Origin: a virus
Taxonomy: Duplodnaviria; Caudoviricetes
IMG/VR virus record: IMGVR_UViG_3300013113_000858
Span: 796 to 64,795 of that record
Direction: 5' to 3' (one strand)
DNA length: 64,000 nucleotides
Below are positions 58,889 to 64,000 of the stretch, in pieces. Below the pieces are notes generated by a model that was not told where the DNA came from, did no database searches, and worked only from the letters and a program-made list of their open reading frames with translations. The number at the start of each line of letters is the position of its first letter. Within the stretch, counting starts at the first letter, position 1. Position numbers and translations under genes: made by a program.

Positions 58889-59857
58889 ATGGCATTTTTA
58901 GATAATAGTGGAGACATTATTCTTGATGCAGTATTGACAGATACTGGTAGATACAGACTCGCAAAAGGAGATGGATCGTTTAAGATTGTAAAATTCGCTC
59001 TTGGAGATGACGAGATTAATTATGGTTCATATAATAAGAACCACGCTTCCGGCAGCGCGTACTATGATTTGGAAATATTACAAACACCAATCCTAGAAGC
59101 ATTTACCAATAACACTTCTACAATGAAATCAAAACTGATTTCTGTCCCAAGAACAAACTTATTGTATCTTCCAATGTTAAAGTTGGCAAATCAGGATCAG
59201 GGTGATTTCGGCAAACACTCAAGCAACGTTTTCGTAGTCGCAGTTGATTCTAACACAGTTGGTAACAATGGAAACGCTGGACTTTTATTTAGCTCTAACG
59301 CTGGCGATGCCGGTAGTGTCCAAGGAATACTTAATGGATTCAATCCTAATGGCAACAGCGGCGGGAAGATAAGAGTCGATCAAGGTTTGGACACGACTGA
59401 AATTCCTCCAAATTACACCATTGATGCAGATCTTAATGAGACACAATATATTGTTGAGATGGATAACAGGTTCGGAAGTATTGTAACGATCAACGGAACG
59501 TCAACGAATGTTTCTTTCATTGATGATGACAATATCGCAAGCTATTACTATTCTAGAGCCACAGATGCTAAAGACAGTGCAGGTGGCAACGGCCTTGTTG
59601 GTGAACTCGGCACAACTGTTACAGATTCGTCAATCCGTGGCCCAAGGGGAACGTTCTTGGAGTTTAAGATTCGTTCTTCAACCGAGTTAACCACCAGTAC
59701 GTATATGTTCGAACAATTAGGAGACTCAGGTTTGACGGTTGCAGGTAAGGCGACTCTTTCTGCAAATTGCAGATACATCGATACAACTATCAAAGTTACT
59801 GGCGCAACAACAGGATATAGAATTGATATTCCGGTACGATTTGTCAAAAAGCAATAA
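58889..59857 (+). CDS. Virion structural protein with a tail-collar/fibre-attachment-like N-terminus
   Basis: LDAVLTDTGRYRLAKG...IVKFALGDDEINY and PILEAF; strong RBS. Confidence 0.6.
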   Translation: MAFLDNSGDIILDAVLTDTGRYRLAKGDGSFKIVKFALGDDEINYGSYNKNHASGSAYYDLEILQTPILEAFTNNTSTMKSKLISVPRTNLLYLPMLKLANQDQGDFGKHSSNVFVVAVDSNTVGNNGNAGLLFSSNAGDAGSVQGILNGFNPNGNSGGKIRVDQGLDTTEIPPNYTIDADLNETQYIVEMDNRFGSIVTINGTSTNVSFIDDDNIASYYYSRATDAKDSAGGNGLVGELGTTVTDSSIRGPRGTFLEFKIRSSTELTTSTYMFEQLGDSGLTVAGKATLSANCRYIDTTIKVTGATTGYRIDIPVRFVKKQ

Positions 59858-59878
59858 ACTAAAATAGGATAAAACAAA

Positions 59879-61066
59879 ATGGCAACAACTTTTAAAACAT
59901 TTCTAAACAATGACATCACTTCGACAAGAACATTGTTACACGAATCAATCCCAGTAACTGGCTCGATTGTATCGGGAACATATGGCACCGTCGCGACTGC
60001 ATTAAATGATGCGCCCAATATTAAAAACTATGCACATGGAATGTTCCAAAGCGTTTATGATTATCCATACCTTAGTTCTTCTGCAAATCACATTTTTGAT
60101 CTTACAGTTGGTTATGCAAATCAATCTCACCTTTCGGGCACAGGTCACGGAACTCCCGGTGGTGTTGTTCAACAAGCAAAAAAGATAAATATCTATAATC
60201 AGTTTGCTCAAATCCTTGCTGGTCATGATGCTACTGGTGGAATTCTTCAATTGACCACAGGCTCAGTTACAGACGCCAATGGTAATAATAGTGCTGAGGG
60301 AACCGGATCTGGTAAGTTAAAAGAAGCGATTTTCATCAATTTTTCTAGGTTGTTGGCGAAAGATGAGATTAAGAAAGGTTCTTTCTCCATCCAGATTGGA
60401 ACAGGTTCGTTCGGCTTAAGTGATGACGGGAGTGCAAGCCCTTTCAATCACAAGACTAACGGAGACACAGTTGTAACCATTGATGATGCTGGTGCGGAAA
60501 ATGATTACCGTGTAAATTCTCCCGCTGGTGAGTATGCTATTTTATCTATGTCGGCAGGTGCAGCCTCGGGGAAGGAAAACAATCCGTGCGGCCTGATTTA
60601 TTATCAGGCAGGCATAGTAGTGTTGTCTGGCTCTATATTTACAAGCGGAAGCGGCGGAATGCTCGGAACAAACAATCTCGGCTTCGCAGGCCCAGTCGAT
60701 ACCTTCGGTGGCGAAAAAGAAACCAATTTCAATGCGGTTCTGTCTGGCTCATCTATAACGGGTTCATGTGATTATTTTAGACACAGAATTAAAAACATTT
60801 CTTTCAATAACACAACTGAGTTGAATTCTACAATCCACTTTTGTAGAGTTAATCATAATGATTTTAATTATAGTGCAAACCCAACTTACTTATCTGAGAG
60901 TAAAATTCGCGTTAAAAATAATTCATTAGATTCCCCGGTTTCATACATAACTACAGTTGGTCTGTATTCAGCAGATAATGAGCTTTTGGCAGTCGCTAAA
61001 TTGTCAGAACCGTTGAAGAAAGATCCAACGAATGAAATGACCTTAAGAGTAAGACTTGATTATTAA
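59879..61066 (+). CDS. Virion structural protein, paralog of 61090..62265
   Basis: IKKGSF, GLIYYQAGIVVL, FNYSANPT and YITTVGLYSADNELLAVAKLSEPLKK segments. Confidence 0.65.
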   Translation: MATTFKTFLNNDITSTRTLLHESIPVTGSIVSGTYGTVATALNDAPNIKNYAHGMFQSVYDYPYLSSSANHIFDLTVGYANQSHLSGTGHGTPGGVVQQAKKINIYNQFAQILAGHDATGGILQLTTGSVTDANGNNSAEGTGSGKLKEAIFINFSRLLAKDEIKKGSFSIQIGTGSFGLSDDGSASPFNHKTNGDTVVTIDDAGAENDYRVNSPAGEYAILSMSAGAASGKENNPCGLIYYQAGIVVLSGSIFTSGSGGMLGTNNLGFAGPVDTFGGEKETNFNAVLSGSSITGSCDYFRHRIKNISFNNTTELNSTIHFCRVNHNDFNYSANPTYLSESKIRVKNNSLDSPVSYITTVGLYSADNELLAVAKLSEPLKKDPTNEMTLRVRLDY

Positions 61067-61089
61067 TATTGAACTAATTACTGTTAGTT

Positions 61090-62265
61090 ATGCCATTATA
61101 TAAATTTGGGCCGGACGATCTATTTCATAATAGAATAAAAACACGTCCGCAAATAAATTTTAAAATATATGATCGAACGGCTTACTATAATAATAAGCCA
61201 TTCGTTTCTGGCGCACATACCTACAATACAACAACACCTGCGGGTGAAAGAAAGTCTGGATATATTAGTTTATATGAATTAAATGTAGACCGACCAGCTG
61301 GAAATTTAATATACCCTTTTGTAACTAAAGGTGGCAGTCTTGATTCGTTCAGAACTATTTCAACAACAGCATTCAACAGCGACTTTTTGTTTGGTGATCA
61401 AATAACTGGTAGTTATCCTCTTTCTGCTGGAATTTCTTCTGATAGGTATGCTCAAGGCCATTCTACTCATTATATAACAGCACTCAGAACAGCATTAGAA
61501 TCAAATAAAATTTTGTCAAACGCTTATTCTTACAGTTCAAGTTTGGGCGACAAAAGTGATCAAGAATTACGATTGATTAGCATTCCGTCAATTTTTTATG
61601 GCTCATCAATTGACAAAGGATCAGTCTCATTAAAATTTTATATAACTGGCACACTCTTGGCAGAGTTACGTGATGACAAGAAGAACGGCGAGTTGCGGCA
61701 AGCCGTTTCCGCATCCACCGCAGATTCTGGCTCGGTTGGCGGCGTGGTTCTATACGATGAAGGTTTTATTATTTTAACTGGGTCATGGGATCTCCGTCCT
61801 GCCGGGACTGATATTTATATCCCCGGCGAATCTGCCGCTGCCCCACGGTGGATTGATTTTGGCTCAACTGGTTCATCCGGCACAAATGAAAATATGCCTT
61901 CATCAAGCTATGAAATCAGCTTTAGTGGTACAAATTATGTACCCACGATGACTATGTTTGCACATGCCCGCGAAGGCGAAAACAATTTTACCACGAACCC
62001 AACTGCAATTATGCACTCCCATTCTTTAGGTTCTGATGTTGCCACGAATTCAACACAGTATATGGAACCATCTGACAACGCTATTTTCAATGTCGGCTCT
62101 AGTTCTTTCACGGATACAATCCCTCCTTTTGAGAAAACAGTTTTTATAAGCCAGATTGGTATCTATGACGAGTACCGAAACCTTATCGGTGTAGCTAAGT
62201 TGGCAAATCCAGTCAGGAAAAGAGACCAAGATGATTTTACATTTAAATTAAAACTAGATTTTTGA
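61090..62265 (+). CDS. Virion structural protein, paralog of 59879..61066
   Basis: IDKGSV, GVVLYDEGFIIL, NNFTTNPT and FISQIGIYDEYRNLIGVAKLANPVRK segments; both paralogs end in LD(Y/F). Confidence 0.65.
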   Translation: MPLYKFGPDDLFHNRIKTRPQINFKIYDRTAYYNNKPFVSGAHTYNTTTPAGERKSGYISLYELNVDRPAGNLIYPFVTKGGSLDSFRTISTTAFNSDFLFGDQITGSYPLSAGISSDRYAQGHSTHYITALRTALESNKILSNAYSYSSSLGDKSDQELRLISIPSIFYGSSIDKGSVSLKFYITGTLLAELRDDKKNGELRQAVSASTADSGSVGGVVLYDEGFIILTGSWDLRPAGTDIYIPGESAAAPRWIDFGSTGSSGTNENMPSSSYEISFSGTNYVPTMTMFAHAREGENNFTTNPTAIMHSHSLGSDVATNSTQYMEPSDNAIFNVGSSSFTDTIPPFEKTVFISQIGIYDEYRNLIGVAKLANPVRKRDQDDFTFKLKLDF

Positions 62266-62289
62266 TATAATGAGAGTCTATTTATGGTA

Positions 62290-62640
62290 ATGAAGAAACA
62301 ACTTGAAAAGTGGAAGAAATATCTTTCTGAAGAAAACAAGCCTAGCCAAGAACGCTACGAAGCAAAATTCTACTTAAATCTCGAACAATCGAAAGACGTT
62401 GACAGAACTGAACTTATGAATTTCATGAGAGCAATCCCAAATGTAACAACAGTCTATAGAGAGGAAGAGATCTCAACCAGCAAAGAATCTTTTGTTGGGG
62501 AATACAAATTCAGATTTGTTTTACCTGTTGGAGCCGATTCTAAATATTATTATGATCAAGTTTTAAAAACTAACCTAAGAAGAATAAGAGGTCTATCAAT
62601 CCAGAGAGATTTGGGTTATGAAAAAATCGAAAAATATTAA
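62290..62640 (+). CDS. Hypothetical protein
   Basis: MKKQLEKWKKYLSE start; could begin at 62284 or 62290. Confidence 0.6.
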   Translation: MKKQLEKWKKYLSEENKPSQERYEAKFYLNLEQSKDVDRTELMNFMRAIPNVTTVYREEEISTSKESFVGEYKFRFVLPVGADSKYYYDQVLKTNLRRIRGLSIQRDLGYEKIEKY

Positions 62641-63168
62641 ATGATTCTTGGCCTAGATATATCCACTTCCATCACAGGTTATGCAATCCTTGATTTGTCT
62701 GGCAAGATTCAGGAAATCGGCAGTTGGGATATGCGAAATAAAAACTTGTTTCCTGATCTATTTTCAAAATCATTATTTATTAAGAAACAACTTCTTTCAA
62801 TTGATAGTCGAATTGACCATATCTTCATTGAGCCTGCGCTCAATATGTTTATGATGGGGAAGTCATCTTCGCACACAATTTCAACATTAATTAAATTTAA
62901 TGGTATTACCGCTTGGATGTGTTTTGAAGAATTCGGAATCCAACCTCAATTTATCCCAGCAATTTCAGCTAGAAAGAAATGCGGGATTACCATTAAACGC
63001 GGCCAAAAAGCTAAAGAAATTGTTATGAAGTATTTCCTTGACAACGAGCCCGACTTTCGTGTAGAATACACAAAGCATGGAAACCCAAAACCTAAGTATT
63101 ACGATCAAGCAGATGCACTTGTTATGGCCCGAGCAGGTTTAACTTGTCTGACCGAAAACTCAAAATAG
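62641..63168 (+). CDS. RuvC-like Holliday junction resolvase (RNase H fold)
   Basis: ILGLDISTSITG, IFIE and DQADA acidic catalytic motifs. Confidence 0.8.
   Translation: MILGLDISTSITGYAILDLSGKIQEIGSWDMRNKNLFPDLFSKSLFIKKQLLSIDSRIDHIFIEPALNMFMMGKSSSHTISTLIKFNGITAWMCFEEFGIQPQFIPAISARKKCGITIKRGQKAKEIVMKYFLDNEPDFRVEYTKHGNPKPKYYDQADALVMARAGLTCLTENSK
63038..63067 (+). promoter_or_regulatory. Sigma70-type promoter inside the resolvase gene, upstream of the primase
   Basis: TTGACA (63038-63043), 18 bp, TAGAAT (63062-63067). Confidence 0.55.
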
Positions 63169-64000
63169 TTAAAGAATTCCTCGGATCCTTTTATAAATCA
63201 AAAGATGAGTTTCTTTTTCACTGCCCAAAGTGCAAACACCACAAGAAAAAACTTTCCCTAAACTTCGATAAGAATGTTTTTAAATGTTGGATTTGTGATT
63301 ATGTTGGCAAAGATATTGGCCGACTCATTTATTCTTATGGAAATTCAGATACCAAAAGCCAGTGGAGAACCCTAACAGGGGTTGTTGATTTTTCGGAAGT
63401 TGATAAAACAGAAGAAGAAAAAATTGTTGTTAAACTCCCAGAAGAGTTTATTAGTTTAACGGGTAAGCAAATCAGCCCACTTTCAATTGTTGTACGCCAA
63501 TATTTAAAATCCAGAGGATTAACTAGAGATGATTTGGTGTGGTGGAAAATAGGATATTGTCCCGATGGGGAATATGGTAAAAGAATTATTATCCCATCAT
63601 TTGATGTGAGTGGTGAATTAAATTATTTCATCGCTCGCTCTTATACACCGGGTGATTGGCAAAGATATAAAAATCCACCAGCGGAAAGAGACTTTATCTT
63701 TAATGAGTTATACTTGGATTGGGACAAAGACATCACAATTGTTGAAGGTGTGTTTGATGCAATCGTGGCAGGCAACGCCATTCCACTCCTTGGTTCTACG
63801 TTACGTGAAAATAGTTATATTTTTCAAAAGATTATTGCTAATTGCGATAAGGTGTATATTGCCTTGGATGATGATGCGAAATCAAAAGAGTTTAAAATAA
63901 GCGATCTATTTAGGTTATATGGCGTGGATGTTTACCGGATTGATACTTCGGGGTTTGGAGATGTTGGAGAGATGGATAAGAAAACATTCCAAACTCGCAA
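63144..64000 (+). CDS. DNA primase (zinc finger plus TOPRIM), 3'-truncated by the window; missing from the supplied ORF track
   Basis: Manual translation from the TTG at 63144: MSDRKLKIVKEFLG...HCPKCKHH...FKCWICD...YLKSRG...RIIIPS...IVEGVFDAI...PLLGS...IALDDDA. Confidence 0.88.
   Translation, partial: MSDRKLKIVKEFLGSFYKSKDEFLFHCPKCKHHKKKLSLNFDKNVFKCWICDYVGKDIGRLIYSYGNSDTKSQWRTLTGVVDFSEVDKTEEEKIVVKLPEEFISLTGKQISPLSIVVRQYLKSRGLTRDDLVWWKIGYCPDGEYGKRIIIPSFDVSGELNYFIARSYTPGDWQRYKNPPAERDFIFNELYLDWDKDITIVEGVFDAIVAGNAIPLLGSTLRENSYIFQKIIANCDKVYIALDDDAKSKEFKISDLFRLYGVDVYRIDTSGFGDVGEMDKKTFQTR

Larger units (their letters stand above)
1..64000. mobile_element. Segment of a large myovirus-like (contractile-tail, probably jumbo) bacteriophage genome
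   Basis: gp25-like and baseplate J/gp6-like genes, giant virion proteins, a phage sigma-like factor, PhoH, a RuvC-like resolvase and a primase occur together. There are no cellular housekeeping genes, and genes are co-directional with overlaps. Confidence 0.9.

Noticed and set aside
27962-62265. Baseplate genes as a bacterial contractile injection system (eCIS/T6SS/tailocin)
   Set aside because: They are flanked by a phage-type sigma factor, resolvase, primase and PhoH, with no bacterial housekeeping or T6SS membrane genes.
63652-63900. 82-aa plus-strand ORF in the track
   Set aside because: It is an out-of-frame overlap of the primase reading frame, which carries the TOPRIM motifs.
1-64000. 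Stop-codon reassignment as seen in some large phages
   Set aside because: The standard code gives near-complete coding density with ORFs up to 9.6 kb, and TAA, TAG and TGA all end genes at sensible boundaries.
1-64000. tRNA, structured ncRNA or rho-independent terminators
   Set aside because: Intergenic gaps are mostly under 50 bp, and I found no convincing cloverleaf or GC hairpin followed by a U-tract.

Overview
This is an AT-rich, densely packed segment of a large (probably jumbo) tailed phage genome with a contractile tail, read in the standard genetic code. All real genes but the first are on the + strand. The order is: lipoprotein trypsin-like protease (-); PIN-PhoH, zincin and Cas4/AddB-like nuclease; a ~22 kb block of 23 glycan genes (4170-26208); a phage sigma-like factor; a baseplate/tail module (split gp5-like spike with an M15 peptidase, gp25, gp6/J, 2572-aa and 3216-aa proteins, paralogous collar-like proteins); a RuvC-like resolvase; and a DNA primase cut off by the window end. 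The glycan block holds GT4/GT2/GT9 transferases, ADP-heptose enzymes, a NeuB nonulosonic-acid pathway that looks KDN-type, a B12 radical SAM enzyme and methyl/acyl/amino tailoring enzymes. The strongest lead is a phage-encoded glycosylation system lying next to tail proteins visibly enriched in an [S/T]-[G/A]-S tripeptide, which could be a glycosylation sequon. Two promoter classes are visible: host sigma70-type, some near-leaderless, and a CTA(T/A)TTA candidate late motif. All family calls come from motifs read by eye; no database searches were run. I saw no tRNA, rRNA or CRISPR array.
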